Shown piece by piece: positions 1 through 10,313 of a DNA stretch of 61,160 bases; the first letter of the stretch is position 1, and the number at the start of each line of letters is the position of its first letter. The stretch is from Candidatus Izemoplasma sp. (GTDB lineage Bacteria; Bacillota_I; Bacilli_A; Izemoplasmatales; Izemoplasmataceae): positions 1 to 61,160 of the forward strand of contig SKGE01000001.1 in the NCBI GenBank assembly GCA_007117625.1, read 5' to 3'. Position numbers and translations under genes: made by a program. The notes beneath the pieces are model-generated. The model was not told the origin of the DNA. It worked only from the letters and a program-made list of their open reading frames with translations, and did no database searches.

Positions 1-1953
1 TATGAACGCGCCTATGAAACGTATGGGAAACCACTACCGCCACTTGTGAATGATCGACTAGAAAAAGAGATGAAAAGTATTTTAGAGAATAAGTTTTCTA
101 CTGTCTACTACATTTCGCATCTCTTGGTTAAGAAGTCGCTTGATGAGGGATACTTAGTTGGGTCTCGAGGTAGTGTTGGTTCAAGTTTGGTGGCGACGTT
201 TATGGATATTACTGAGGTGAATCCATTACCGCCGCATTACGTGTGTCCGAAGTGCCATTTTTCTAGTTTTAAAATGAGTCCTGATGAGAAGAAAAATTAT
301 GGTGTTCGTGATGATGAAAGAGCCCATCAACAGTTACTTGATGACGTTTCGAGTGGCTTTGATTTAAAGCCGCTAACATGTCCGAAATGCGAACATAACA
401 TGATAAAAGATGGCCATGATATACCATTTGAAACGTTCTTAGGATTTAGGGGAGATAAAGTTCCGGATATTGATTTGAATTTCTCTGGAGATTATCAACC
501 GGTGGTTCATGAGTATATTCGTAGTCTTTTTGGCGTAGATCGCGCCTTTAGAGCCGGTACGATTTCGACGGTTGCGGATAAAACTGCTTTCGGATATGTC
601 AAAGGGTATGTCGAGAAAAAGAATCTTACCTTGCGAAAAGCAGAAATTGAACGTCGTGCGAAGGTGATTGCTGGAGTTAAACGTTCAACTGGGCAACATC
701 CTGGTGGTATCGTGGTTGTTCCTAACTATAAAGAGATTTATGATGTTACACCGGTGCAGTATCCTGCCGATGCTGTTGATTCGAAGTGGAAGACGACCCA
801 TTTTGATTATCATGCTTTTGAAGATAATCTGTTTAAACTCGATGTGCTTGGGCATGATGATCCGACGATGATTCGTTATTTAATGGACTATGTTAAAGAA
901 GACCCTATTAGCTTCCCGTTTTCTGATGCGAGAGATATTCCAATTGATGACCCGAAGGTTTATCAATTGTTATCAGGGACTGAAGTGATTGGATTAAAAC
1001 CATCGGATATCAATAGTCAGGTGGCTAGTTATGGCGTTCCTGAGATGGGGACATCATTTGTCCGAGGGATGCTAAGAGATTCTCGGCCACAAACGTTTGC
1101 TGATATTGTTAAAGTGTCAGGACTTTCACATGGAACCGATGTATGGTTAAACAACGCTGAAACGTTGGTTACAGGTAAAAATGTCAAGTTTGGTAAAATT
1201 CCTTTCAGCGATGTTATTGGTTGTCGTGATGATATTATGGTTTACTTGATTCAAAATGGATTGAAGAGTGAAGTTGCCTTTGAGATTTCTGAGTTTATTC
1301 GTAAAGGAAAAGCCGCCAAACAACCAGACCAGTGGGATGGGTATAAGATTGTTATGCGCGAGCATGGCATCCCTGAATGGTATATTTGGAGTGCTGGACA
1401 GATTAAATACATGTTTCCGAAAGCCCATGCGACAGCGTATGTTATGATGGCTTTACGGATTGCTTGGTTTAAGGTATACCGTCCGATTTATTTTTATTCT
1501 GCATATTTTTCGAAACGCGCACGCGACTTTGATTTGGTTGCGATGCAAGGTGGCGAGTATGCGATTGAAAAAAGAATGCAAGCCATCGATGAGAAAGGCA
1601 ATGCAGCGACGGATGTTGAAAAACGTTTATATACCGTCTTAGAAGTTGCGCTTGAGATGGTGAAGCGTGGGTATAGCTTCAAGCCAGTCGATATTATGCA
1701 AAGTGCAGCAAGAGATTTTGTGATTACCGATAAGGGTGCATCACTGAGGCTTCCGTTTGTTGCCTTGGATGGATTAGGGATGAAAGCGGCGCAAACGATT
1801 ATTGATGCCCGTGAAGAAAAAACTTTCAACTCAAGAGAAGATGTTAAAGCACGTACGAAAATTTCTAAAACCATATTTGATACGTTAGAAGCTTTGGGCG
1901 CTTTTGGTGAGTTGCCTGAGTCAGGACAAATTAATTTATTTGATATAGGTTAA
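1..1953 (+). CDS. polC: DNA polymerase III alpha subunit, PolC type (C-terminal part; 5' end lies outside the window)
   Basis: Open in frame from base 1 with no start in the window. PolC-like motifs HPGGIVVVP, LDVLGHDDPT, KAHATAYV and CPKC...CPKC. Stop at 1951-1953. Confidence 0.95.
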   Translation, partial: YERAYETYGKPLPPLVNDRLEKEMKSILENKFSTVYYISHLLVKKSLDEGYLVGSRGSVGSSLVATFMDITEVNPLPPHYVCPKCHFSSFKMSPDEKKNYGVRDDERAHQQLLDDVSSGFDLKPLTCPKCEHNMIKDGHDIPFETFLGFRGDKVPDIDLNFSGDYQPVVHEYIRSLFGVDRAFRAGTISTVADKTAFGYVKGYVEKKNLTLRKAEIERRAKVIAGVKRSTGQHPGGIVVVPNYKEIYDVTPVQYPADAVDSKWKTTHFDYHAFEDNLFKLDVLGHDDPTMIRYLMDYVKEDPISFPFSDARDIPIDDPKVYQLLSGTEVIGLKPSDINSQVASYGVPEMGTSFVRGMLRDSRPQTFADIVKVSGLSHGTDVWLNNAETLVTGKNVKFGKIPFSDVIGCRDDIMVYLIQNGLKSEVAFEISEFIRKGKAAKQPDQWDGYKIVMREHGIPEWYIWSAGQIKYMFPKAHATAYVMMALRIAWFKVYRPIYFYSAYFSKRARDFDLVAMQGGEYAIEKRMQAIDEKGNAATDVEKRLYTVLEVALEMVKRGYSFKPVDIMQSAARDFVITDKGASLRLPFVALDGLGMKAAQTIIDAREEKTFNSREDVKARTKISKTIFDTLEALGAFGELPESGQINLFDIG

Positions 1954-1996
1954 ACATGCGTGTTTTTGATATAATTATTTTAAAGGAGTGATTTAC

Positions 1997-2740
1997 ATGA
2001 GATTTAGAACAATGAACCCTGTGTTTAGACGCGTTAGCCATGAATCGGCTTTTGCGACAGAAGATGCAGCTAGCTACAGTGGTGTTATTTCAAAAAGTGC
2101 GTTATTATTAGCGATTATGTTTTTCTTTGGAGCGCTTAGCATGAACCGTTTGATTGGCCAAGCAGAGTTACCACCAGGTGGTATCGCGATGCTTATTGCT
2201 GCACCCATTATTGGTTTGATTTGTGTGATTGTCGCAATGACAAAACCACAAGCAGCGAGAATTGCATCGATCATTTATGCGGTTGCACAAGGAACTTTCT
2301 TAGGCGTTATTTCAGGGATGTATGAAATCATTTATCAAAACCATATCGTTGCAACTGCACTCGTTGCTACAGGTGGTGTGTTTGCTGCGATGTTATTCTT
2401 ATATGCTTCTGGGCTTGTACGGGTTTCGAATATGATGCGTAAAATTTTGTTTACGGCATTGTTGGGGCTTGTTATTACAAGTTTTGTTTTAATGCTTTTA
2501 TTCGCTTTTGGTGGATTCAGCTATGAGCAAAACATTGGACTTATTTTTGCGATTGTAGTGATTAGTGTGATTGTCGCATCGCTATACTTGCTGGTGGATT
2601 TTGATAATATTGAACGTATGGTAAAAGCTGGTGCTCCTAAACACTATGAGTGGGTTTTATCGCTTGGATTGTTGGTTACATTGGTGTGGCTTTACGTTGA
2701 GTTATTACGTTTGATTGCAATCTTACAACGCCGTCGTTAA
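1997..2740 (+). CDS. Bax-inhibitor-1/YccA-like integral membrane protein
   Basis: RBS AAAGGAG lies 8 nt before ATG 1997. About 7 hydrophobic helices and an N-terminal NPVFRR motif typical of BaxI_1-type proteins. Confidence 0.7.
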   Translation: MRFRTMNPVFRRVSHESAFATEDAASYSGVISKSALLLAIMFFFGALSMNRLIGQAELPPGGIAMLIAAPIIGLICVIVAMTKPQAARIASIIYAVAQGTFLGVISGMYEIIYQNHIVATALVATGGVFAAMLFLYASGLVRVSNMMRKILFTALLGLVITSFVLMLLFAFGGFSYEQNIGLIFAIVVISVIVASLYLLVDFDNIERMVKAGAPKHYEWVLSLGLLVTLVWLYVELLRLIAILQRRR

Positions 2741-2767
2741 ACACGCATTTTCATGCGTGTTTTTTTG
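2741..2767 (+). terminator. Intrinsic terminator
   Basis: ACACGCAT-tttc-ATGCGTGT hairpin followed by T7. Confidence 0.75.
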
Positions 2768-2829
2768 TGCAATCGTTTACAAAGTGCCTGGATTTTGTTA
2801 CATTAAAATAGAAAGTGAGGAGATTATTG

Positions 2830-4581
2830 ATGGAAAAATGGAGTTTAGATGCGCTTTACAAAGGCTATGATGAAGCGTTTGAAAGTTCTGTAAAAGCAAT
2901 TGAAAGTTTGATTGAGGAAGCAGATGCGTTTGCGACATCACTCGATCAAAAAGGGGATGAAACCAAGCGTCTAAAACAGTATATTGATTTAGCATCAAGG
3001 TTACGCTCAAAGATGTTAAAAGCATATGCTTACGTGAGTTTGCGTTTATCAACGGATGCACAGGATGAAGACTCGAATGCTTGGATGAATAAGATGCAAC
3101 AGCTTTCAAGTAAGACAACGGATTATACGACAAAGGTATCGAAATGGATTCCTACGATTGAAGGTTTAAGTGAGCTTATTGAAAATGATGCAGACTTAAA
3201 ACCTTTTGCGTTTCATTTAGAAAGTATTAAAGATCGTGCTAAGTATGTTTTATCGGATAAAGAAGAGCGGATTATTTCTAAACTGACACAAACTGGTTCA
3301 AGCGCTTGGGGAAGATTGCAAAGTTTATTGACAAGTATCGTTGAAGTTGATTATGAAGGACAAGTTGTTACTTTATCAGATATTCGAAATAAAGCCCACA
3401 GCAAAGATGCTTCGGTGCGTAAAAAGGCTTATGAAGCGGAGATTGAAGCATATAAGAAAGTTGAACATGCCGTTGCCGCAGCTTTAAACAGTATTAAAGG
3501 TGAGGTCAATGAGGTCTCTAGTTTGCGTGGTTTTGAGAGTCCTTTAGATGAAGCGGTTTATAATTCGCGCATGCAAAGAAAGACCTTAGATGCTTTGATT
3601 CGTTCGATGGAGAAGCACTTACCGATGTTCCGCAAGTATTTAAAGCGTAAAGCAGAGATCTTAGGTCATAAAAATGGATTGCCTTGGTATGACTTGTTTG
3701 CACCGCTTGGGAAAAGCAATCGTGAGTTTTCATCGAAAGAGGCGATTGACTATGTGGTTAAAAACTTTAAAACATTTGGGGATGATTTGGCTTCTTTAGC
3801 TGAGCGTTCTTATAAAGAGTCTTGGATTGATTTTACGCCGAGATCTGGAAAGCGTGGAGGAGCTTTTTGTTTCAATCTTCACCCAATCAAACAAAGTCGT
3901 ATTTTAATGAATTTTGATGGTTCATTTTCAAATGTTATTACGCTTGCGCATGAACTTGGACACGCCTATCACGGTGATCGTATTTTTAAAGAGCCAATTT
4001 TGAACTCAAGCTATACGATGCCAGTGGCTGAAACGGCATCGACGCTTTGTGAAACCATTGTTAAAAAAGCTGCACTAGAAGATTCTAGTGGTGAAGAACA
4101 GTTGTTTATTTTAGAACAATCGTTGATGGGAACGACACAGGTCATTGTTGATATTATGTCGCGTTATCTATTTGAAAAAAATGTATTTGAAGCAAGACAA
4201 TCAACGCCAATTTCTCCGCCTAAACTGAAGGCGATGATGCTTGAAGCTCAAAAAGCTTCTTATGGGGATGCTTTGGATGAAAACGTCATGCATCCATATA
4301 TGTGGGTAAATAAAGGACACTATTACAGTGGTGGTTTAAGTTTTTATAACTTCCCGTATGCCTTTGGATTGTTGTTTGCAAAAGGCTTATATGCGAAGTT
4401 CCAAAGTGGAGGAAAAGCATTTGCGAAAGATATTGATCACTTGCTGCAAAAAACGGGACAGATGTCGGTTGAAGATGTAGCTGCTCTGGTCGGTATTGAT
4501 GTGAGCGATGAAGCCTTTTGGGATGCATCTTTAAAGGTGATTGAAGATGAGATTAATTTGTTTTTAAAGATTACTGCATAA
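2830..4581 (+). CDS. M3B-family oligoendopeptidase (PepF-like paralogue)
   Basis: RBS GAGGAG then ATG 2830. Zinc motif HELGHAYH. Length and layout match the PepF/M3 family. Confidence 0.85.
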   Translation: MEKWSLDALYKGYDEAFESSVKAIESLIEEADAFATSLDQKGDETKRLKQYIDLASRLRSKMLKAYAYVSLRLSTDAQDEDSNAWMNKMQQLSSKTTDYTTKVSKWIPTIEGLSELIENDADLKPFAFHLESIKDRAKYVLSDKEERIISKLTQTGSSAWGRLQSLLTSIVEVDYEGQVVTLSDIRNKAHSKDASVRKKAYEAEIEAYKKVEHAVAAALNSIKGEVNEVSSLRGFESPLDEAVYNSRMQRKTLDALIRSMEKHLPMFRKYLKRKAEILGHKNGLPWYDLFAPLGKSNREFSSKEAIDYVVKNFKTFGDDLASLAERSYKESWIDFTPRSGKRGGAFCFNLHPIKQSRILMNFDGSFSNVITLAHELGHAYHGDRIFKEPILNSSYTMPVAETASTLCETIVKKAALEDSSGEEQLFILEQSLMGTTQVIVDIMSRYLFEKNVFEARQSTPISPPKLKAMMLEAQKASYGDALDENVMHPYMWVNKGHYYSGGLSFYNFPYAFGLLFAKGLYAKFQSGGKAFAKDIDHLLQKTGQMSVEDVAALVGIDVSDEAFWDASLKVIEDEINLFLKITA

Positions 4582-4584
4582 AAC

Positions 4585-4608
4585 AGTCGGCTAAATGCCG
4601 GCTTTTTT
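4585..4608 (+). terminator. Intrinsic terminator
   Basis: AGTCGGC-taaat-GCCGGCT hairpin followed by a T-run. Confidence 0.7.
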
Positions 4609-4618
4609 ATGCTTCTTA

Positions 4619-4647
4619 TTGAAAACTACCTTATCTTTGTATATAAT
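4619..4647 (+). promoter_or_regulatory. Sigma-A-type promoter of the pheST leader
   Basis: TTGAAA - 17 nt - TATAAT. Confidence 0.6.
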
Positions 4648-4653
4648 AGTCAT

Positions 4654-4857
4654 AACACGTTGAATGGACTGTGTGTTTTAAGACGGTTTCTAAAGAGAAA
4701 GGCGGGTGCTGCGACGCCTTGAAACTGAAAAACACTTCACCCATGAGTGATGCTAATCCCATCCGTTGTTCCGCGTTAAGGGAAATGAGTGCTGGCAATG
4801 CCAGAATTAAGGTGGTACCACGGAGTAATTCGTCCTTTCTTTAGGACGATTTTTTTA
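4654..4857 (+). promoter_or_regulatory. T-box riboswitch leader (Phe)
   Basis: AGAGA box. Candidate specifier UUC followed by A at 4736-4739. Conserved T-box AATTAAGGTGGTACCACGG at 4805-4823. Terminator CGTCCT-ttcttt-AGGACG plus T7 at 4831-4856. Directly precedes pheS. Confidence 0.9.
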
Positions 4858-4876
4858 TTTTATAGGAGGTAATACA

Positions 4877-5923
4877 ATGGATTTGAAGAAAATCATTTCG
4901 GAGCATGAAACAAAGCTTAAAGATGCTTTGAAAAGTGTCGATAAGATTGAAGCACTTCAAGATGTTAAAGCACAGTTTGTGGGAAAAAAAGCTGAGCTTA
5001 GTAAACTGATGCGTCATATGAAAGATTTACCGAACGAGGAAAAACCGGCTTTTGGTCAAACCATCAATGAAGCGAAACAGTATTTTTCATCGTTAATCGA
5101 GACAAGAAAAACTGAAATTTTAGAGGAAAGATTACGCCAAAAACTTGCGCAAGAACGGATTGATGTGACCCTACCTGCACCTGATTTTAGTCCAGGAAGT
5201 CCACATCTTCTAAGAACGGTTATAGAAACCGTTGAAGATTTATTTATTGGTATGGGCTATTTGGTCAAGGAAGGTCCAGAAGTTGAGAGTGATGAGTTGA
5301 ATTTTGAGAAGTTAAATCTTCCTAAAGATCATCCTGCGCGGGATATGCAAGATAGTTTTTATATTACCGATGATACCTTGCTGAGAACGCATACCTCGCC
5401 TGTTCAAGTCCGTACGATGCTTGCCTATGGGGGAAAAGAGCCTGTAAAAATCATCTGTCCAGGGAAAGTCTATCGTCGCGATGATGATGATGCGACGCAT
5501 AGCCATCAGTTCATGCAAATTGAGGGGCTTGTGGTGGATACGGATACATCGTTAGCAGATTTAAAAGGTACGCTACTCGCGGTGGCACAGAAGATGTTTG
5601 GTAAGGATCGCCGTATTGTCTTAAGACCTTCATACTTTCCTTTTACTGAACCATCTTTTGAAGTGGATGTCACGTGTTCGAACTGTGATGGAGCAGGATG
5701 CAACATGTGTAAACAAACGGGGTACATTGAGATTTTAGGTGCTGGCATGGTGCATAATAATGTTTTAGAGGCGGCTGGATATGACAGTACGAAGTATCAA
5801 GGGTTTGCGTTTGGTATTGGTGTCGAACGCATTGCGATGCTTAAATATGGGATTGATGATATTAGACACTTCTATGTGAATGATCTTAGGTTTAATAAGC
5901 AGTTTAAAGGGGGTCAATCATGA
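4877..5923 (+). CDS. pheS: Phenylalanine--tRNA ligase alpha subunit
   Basis: Class II aaRS motifs ([37 protein letters not shown]). ATGA overlap with pheT. Confidence 0.97.
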   Translation: MDLKKIISEHETKLKDALKSVDKIEALQDVKAQFVGKKAELSKLMRHMKDLPNEEKPAFGQTINEAKQYFSSLIETRKTEILEERLRQKLAQERIDVTLPAPDFSPGSPHLLRTVIETVEDLFIGMGYLVKEGPEVESDELNFEKLNLPKDHPARDMQDSFYITDDTLLRTHTSPVQVRTMLAYGGKEPVKIICPGKVYRRDDDDATHSHQFMQIEGLVVDTDTSLADLKGTLLAVAQKMFGKDRRIVLRPSYFPFTEPSFEVDVTCSNCDGAGCNMCKQTGYIEILGAGMVHNNVLEAAGYDSTKYQGFAFGIGVERIAMLKYGIDDIRHFYVNDLRFNKQFKGGQS

Positions 5924-8280
5924 AAGTTTCGATGCAGTGGTTAAAAGATTATGTACAGATTAATGAGCGCGCTTCAGTGGTGGCTGATAAGTTTACTTTG
6001 TACTCACAAGAAGTTGAATATACGAAGCAACTGGTCGATGCGACGAAGTTGGTTGTAGGGTATGTTAAGTCGTGTGAAGCCCATCCAGATGCTGATAAAT
6101 TAAGTGTTTGTAAGGTTGATGTTGGTACTGAGGTATTAACAATTGTTTGTGGTGCACCGAATGTTGATCAAGGACAACATGTGATTGTTGCAAGAGTTGG
6201 TGCGGTGTTACCGGGAGATTTTGAAATCAAAGAAGCGACGATCCGTGGGGTTGATTCGAGTGGGATGATCTGTAGCTTAGATGAACTTGGGATTGAGCAT
6301 AAGTACCATAATGAATCAGGTATTCATGTGATTGAGGGTGAAGTGACAGTGGGTGCGAATGCATTGTCTGCACTCTATTTAGATGATGAAATCATTGCCT
6401 TAGACCTTACACCGAACCGTATGGATTTACTTTCTATGCATGGTGTTGCGTATGATGTGGCGGCGATATTTGATAAAGAACTGAATATTCCAGAGGTTAG
6501 ATTAACTTATAGTGACTTAAAAAATCCGATGAAAATACGCACCGAGACTGCCGCATGTATGAGTTATTATGGTTCTGTGATTGATGACATTGAGGTGAGG
6601 CCAAGTCCTTTATGGATGCGTGCTCGATTAATTGCTGCAGGGGTGCGCCCCATCAATAATGTGGTTGATATTACCAACTATGTGATGATTGAAACGGGTC
6701 AGCCGCTTCATGCCTTTGACTACGATTTATTCGATAGTGATGAAGTTGTGGTTCGTTTGGCAAAGCATGATGAAACCTTTGTGACTTTAGATGATAAAAC
6801 GCGTGTTTTAACGGACCAAGATATTTTGATTACAAATGGTAAACGCCCAGTAGCGCTTGGAGGTGTGATGGGTGGTGCGGATACTGAGGTGCATGATCAA
6901 ACGCGCACGATTTTGTTAGAATCAGCGGCATTTAATCCTTTAAATGTTCGGAAGACTTCGACGCGACTCGATTTAAGAAGTGAGTCGAGTTTGCGTTTTG
7001 AAAAAGGCATTGATTTAGGTAAAACTAAGTATGCTTTAGACCGTGCTACGGAGCTTCTCATTAAGTATGCAAATGCTTCAGTGCGTAAAGATGTTGCGTA
7101 TTTTAATCATGTAGCTACGGAAGAGAAAGTCATTGATGTGACACTCGATAAAATAAATCGTGTCTTAGGTAGTGCGTATACAGAAGCGCATGTAGCGCAT
7201 GTACTGAAGCGATTACGATTTGATTTTACGGTTAGCGATGGATGTTTTAACATTGTTAAGCCTTCACGCAGACCGGATTTTGAAACCTATCAAGATATTA
7301 TTGAAGAGGTAGGAAGAATTAGTGGGTATGGTGATCTTCCAGCGACGTTACCACGGACGGTGACAGTGGGTGCGCTAACGCCTTTACAAAAGTTTAGACG
7401 TAGTTTAAGGAGATTGTTGAATGGGTTAGGGCTTGATGAAGTTATCACTTATAACCTACAAGATAGTGAAAAGGTTCATAAGTTGGTCTTAGACAAAACG
7501 TTACAACCGATTAAGGTTAAACATCCGATGTCGCAAAATCGAAATGTTTTAAGATTAAGTCCTTTATATGGTATGGTTGAAGCTGTTTCTTATAATGTTG
7601 CTAGAAGAAGGGATTCGGTTCATATCTTTGAACTGGGAACGCGTTATACAGAACATCACGAAAGAGAAGTCTTAAGTATTGCGATGCATGGGACGTATCA
7701 AAACCGTTATTGGCAATCGACGCAAACGCTAAATTTCTATACCATTAAAGGTATTTTTGAAGCGGTCTGTAAGCACTATAATATCGATTCGCTCCGCTAT
7801 GAGCAAATTGAAGCCGATGATTATCATCCCTATCAAACGGCGCGAATATTCCTTGAAGATCAAGCGATTGGTCATATCGGAAAAATGCACCCTAGTTTGA
7901 GTGCTGAATTGGACTTAGCAGATGTTTATCTGTTAGAGGTTGATTTAGAAAACTTGGCCGAACATGCGGAAGCTTTGAAGCCGTATGAAGCGATTGAACG
8001 ATATCCGAGTGTAGAACGCGATATTGCGATTGTTGTTTCAGAAGATATTGCTGCTGGAAAGATTATTGATATGATTCGCAGTCATGCGCAAGTTCAAATG
8101 AAGGAAGCTGTTGTGTTTGATGTTTATGTTGGTGAGCGTCTTGGGAAAGGCTTGAAATCATTGGGAATCCGTATGGTTTTCTCTGATCCAAATCAAACCT
8201 TAAAGGCAGAGGTTATTGATGATGAAATACAACATTTGATTGAAATTCTTGAAAAAGAATATGATGCAAAACTAAGATAA
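5920..8280 (+). CDS. pheT: Phenylalanine--tRNA ligase beta subunit
   Basis: 786 aa. tRNA-binding, B3/4, B5 and FDX-ACB layout. Translationally coupled to pheS. Confidence 0.97.
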   Translation: MKVSMQWLKDYVQINERASVVADKFTLYSQEVEYTKQLVDATKLVVGYVKSCEAHPDADKLSVCKVDVGTEVLTIVCGAPNVDQGQHVIVARVGAVLPGDFEIKEATIRGVDSSGMICSLDELGIEHKYHNESGIHVIEGEVTVGANALSALYLDDEIIALDLTPNRMDLLSMHGVAYDVAAIFDKELNIPEVRLTYSDLKNPMKIRTETAACMSYYGSVIDDIEVRPSPLWMRARLIAAGVRPINNVVDITNYVMIETGQPLHAFDYDLFDSDEVVVRLAKHDETFVTLDDKTRVLTDQDILITNGKRPVALGGVMGGADTEVHDQTRTILLESAAFNPLNVRKTSTRLDLRSESSLRFEKGIDLGKTKYALDRATELLIKYANASVRKDVAYFNHVATEEKVIDVTLDKINRVLGSAYTEAHVAHVLKRLRFDFTVSDGCFNIVKPSRRPDFETYQDIIEEVGRISGYGDLPATLPRTVTVGALTPLQKFRRSLRRLLNGLGLDEVITYNLQDSEKVHKLVLDKTLQPIKVKHPMSQNRNVLRLSPLYGMVEAVSYNVARRRDSVHIFELGTRYTEHHEREVLSIAMHGTYQNRYWQSTQTLNFYTIKGIFEAVCKHYNIDSLRYEQIEADDYHPYQTARIFLEDQAIGHIGKMHPSLSAELDLADVYLLEVDLENLAEHAEALKPYEAIERYPSVERDIAIVVSEDIAAGKIIDMIRSHAQVQMKEAVVFDVYVGERLGKGLKSLGIRMVFSDPNQTLKAEVIDDEIQHLIEILEKEYDAKLR

Positions 8281-8299
8281 AAGCGCCTTGGCGCTTTTT
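8281..8299 (+). terminator. Intrinsic terminator
   Basis: AAGCGC-cttg-GCGCTT followed by a T-run, right after the pheT stop. Confidence 0.65.
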
Positions 8300-8376
8300 C
8301 GATGTTGCTAAGAATCGTTTAGTTTTTTGAAAAGGTATGTTACAATTAAGCCATGATATAAAATAGGAGATGAGTT

Positions 8377-8868
8377 ATGAAGAAACTTTTAATCATCATG
8401 TTTTTAGTCGTTGGGCTAAGCGTTTTAACCGGATGTTCAAGTTTAAGACGTAGTGCGACTGGGCATTTTGAAGAAGCATTAGAGAATATCTTCGAAGGAA
8501 TGGATTTGACAAGTGACGATGTCGAGATTCATGAGGTCGAGTGGTTTTCAGTCACTTTTGAACAAGAGTACGACGATGAGGAAAGTTATGCAACTGTGAT
8601 TGTCTATTATCTAAACATGACTTTAGAAGAGGAAGCGATAGAATTGCTTTACTACTATGCTTATGTAGAAGATGAAGACGGTGAAGTTGACTATGATTTT
8701 TATGATGTAGACTTTGGAGATAAATCTGATTTTGAATCGTTTGTTGAGAGTTATGAAGAAGATCTTGAAGCGGCTGAAGCGGATGGTGAAGTTTATCGCT
8801 ATCGATCAGCAACAGGGTCGATTCGTTCAGGAACTGCTAACCGAGCTTTACGACGCGTGTTGGACTGA
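8377..8868 (+). CDS. Very acidic putative lipoprotein, no recognisable family
   Basis: Signal peptide with lipobox LTGC (Cys20). The mature part is rich in D/E/Y. RSATG motif near both ends. Confidence 0.6.
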   Translation: MKKLLIIMFLVVGLSVLTGCSSLRRSATGHFEEALENIFEGMDLTSDDVEIHEVEWFSVTFEQEYDDEESYATVIVYYLNMTLEEEAIELLYYYAYVEDEDGEVDYDFYDVDFGDKSDFESFVESYEEDLEAAEADGEVYRYRSATGSIRSGTANRALRRVLD

Positions 8869-8876
8869 TAGTTTAA

Positions 8877-8917
8877 AAGGATGTTTACAGCGTAATCGCT
8901 GTAAACATCCTTTTTTT
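8877..8917. terminator. Bidirectional intrinsic terminator shared by convergent genes
   Basis: 17-bp perfect hairpin AAAGGATGTTTACAGCG-taat-CGCTGTAAACATCCTTT, with a T-run on the + strand side and an A-run on the other. Confidence 0.85.
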
Positions 8918-10220
8918 ATGTCAGTAAGGTAAGTAACATGGATTTTAGGTCTGTTTCGTTTAAACCGCTGTAGGGTAGTAGAATAGTATTGTTTAGTGCT
9001 TTAAAGGTTTTGGTGTAATAGTGGTTTTTTTGTGCTTTTTCAACTATTGATTGGAGCGTTTTTTGATCGTTTGAATGAATTAAGATGTGAAGGTTTGAGT
9101 CGAGTCCTGTAATCGTTATGTTTTTGTTGATCGGTAAAGTATTTAGTTGTTCGATGAGGGTGTCTCGTTGTCGTTTTGATAGTGTTGATAGTTTTTTTAG
9201 GTGTTTAGTATAGTGACCTTGTTTGATGTAGTCGGCTAGGGCAAGCTGATCGATTTTAGATACCGTTTGAGCCAGTTTAGGAGAACTTTGGTATTTTTTG
9301 TATAAGGTTTCAGGCAGGACCATGTAGCTTGTACGTATACTCAGTAATAGGTTTCTTGAAAATGATCCGATGTAGATGACGTTTTGACCTTTGGCTAAAC
9401 TTTGTATCGACGGTATCTGGTAAGCGTTATATCTAAATATATAGTTATAGTCGTCTTCGATAATATAGGCGTTGTTTGATTTTGTGTAGTTGATCAGTTT
9501 GATGCGATCGTTAATGCTTAATACTTCGCCACTCGGGTAAAGGTTCGCGGGTGAGATATAGATGAAGTCTGGCTTATTATCGAGGATTTGGTCGATGGAT
9601 GTGCACGGTAGTTTTTTAAAGTTTAAAATATCAAACGTTGTTTCTGCACGGTCGAATAATGGAACTAGGTATGCGACGCTTTTTTTGTCTGTGAGCGAGG
9701 CGAGTGTTAATAGGTGATTTTGAATGCCTGATGCGATGATGATTTGTGCAGGAGATGTGACTACGCCTCGTTCTGCTTCGAGATGTTTTTGTATCATTTG
9801 TCGCAGCGGATATTCACCTTCTGCTTTTGGGGTATCGAACAAGGTATCTTGATAATCATGCATGATGTGTTGGAAGATTTTTCTTAAAGGGGTAATATCA
9901 AAAAAATCGGGTCTTTGTTCGAGGTTTATATATGTGCTTGGTTGGTAGGTCGGTAAGCTTTTGGTTTGATGTGTTTTTTTGATGACATCTGTCGGTGAGA
10001 CGTAGTAGCCACTTTTTGGTTGGCTGTGAATGTAGCCTTCGATCTGAAGTTGATGATAGGCCTTTTCTATGGTGGTTTTACTAATGTTGTGTTTTTGTGA
10101 TAAAGACCGTATGGAAGGCATCTTAGTGTGTTTTTCTATTTCTTGATTCATGATTCTTTTTTTATAGTGCTCGGCTATTTGTTTGTAAAGGGGTGTTTGG
10201 CTAGTTCTATTGACAATCAT
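8916..10220 (-). CDS. MocR/GabR-type regulator (GntR wHTH plus aminotransferase-fold domain)
   Basis: N-terminal GntR HTH (PSIRSLSQKHNISKTTIEKAYHQLQIEGYI). C-terminal fold-type-I motifs IIEDDYNY and GSFSRNLLLSIRTSYMVLP. RBS GAGGTGG. Confidence 0.85.
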   Translation of the reverse strand: MIVNRTSQTPLYKQIAEHYKKRIMNQEIEKHTKMPSIRSLSQKHNISKTTIEKAYHQLQIEGYIHSQPKSGYYVSPTDVIKKTHQTKSLPTYQPSTYINLEQRPDFFDITPLRKIFQHIMHDYQDTLFDTPKAEGEYPLRQMIQKHLEAERGVVTSPAQIIIASGIQNHLLTLASLTDKKSVAYLVPLFDRAETTFDILNFKKLPCTSIDQILDNKPDFIYISPANLYPSGEVLSINDRIKLINYTKSNNAYIIEDDYNYIFRYNAYQIPSIQSLAKGQNVIYIGSFSRNLLLSIRTSYMVLPETLYKKYQSSPKLAQTVSKIDQLALADYIKQGHYTKHLKKLSTLSKRQRDTLIEQLNTLPINKNITITGLDSNLHILIHSNDQKTLQSIVEKAQKNHYYTKTFKALNNTILLPYSGLNETDLKSMLLTLLT

Positions 10221-10313
10221 CTGACCACCTCAAAATTAGGTTTATCTGTCTCTTTTAAACATGACACATTATTATTATAATAGGTTTGCAAGTAAAAAGA
10301 AAGGTGTGTGTGC

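Noticed and set aside
1494-1874. 126-aa ORF antisense to polC.
   Set aside because: It is embedded in a strongly conserved coding region, with no motif and no RBS.
8714-8932. 72-aa + strand ORF overlapping the lipoprotein gene end and the bidirectional terminator.
   Set aside because: It is out of frame within the lipoprotein gene, runs through a 17-bp terminator hairpin, and has no RBS.
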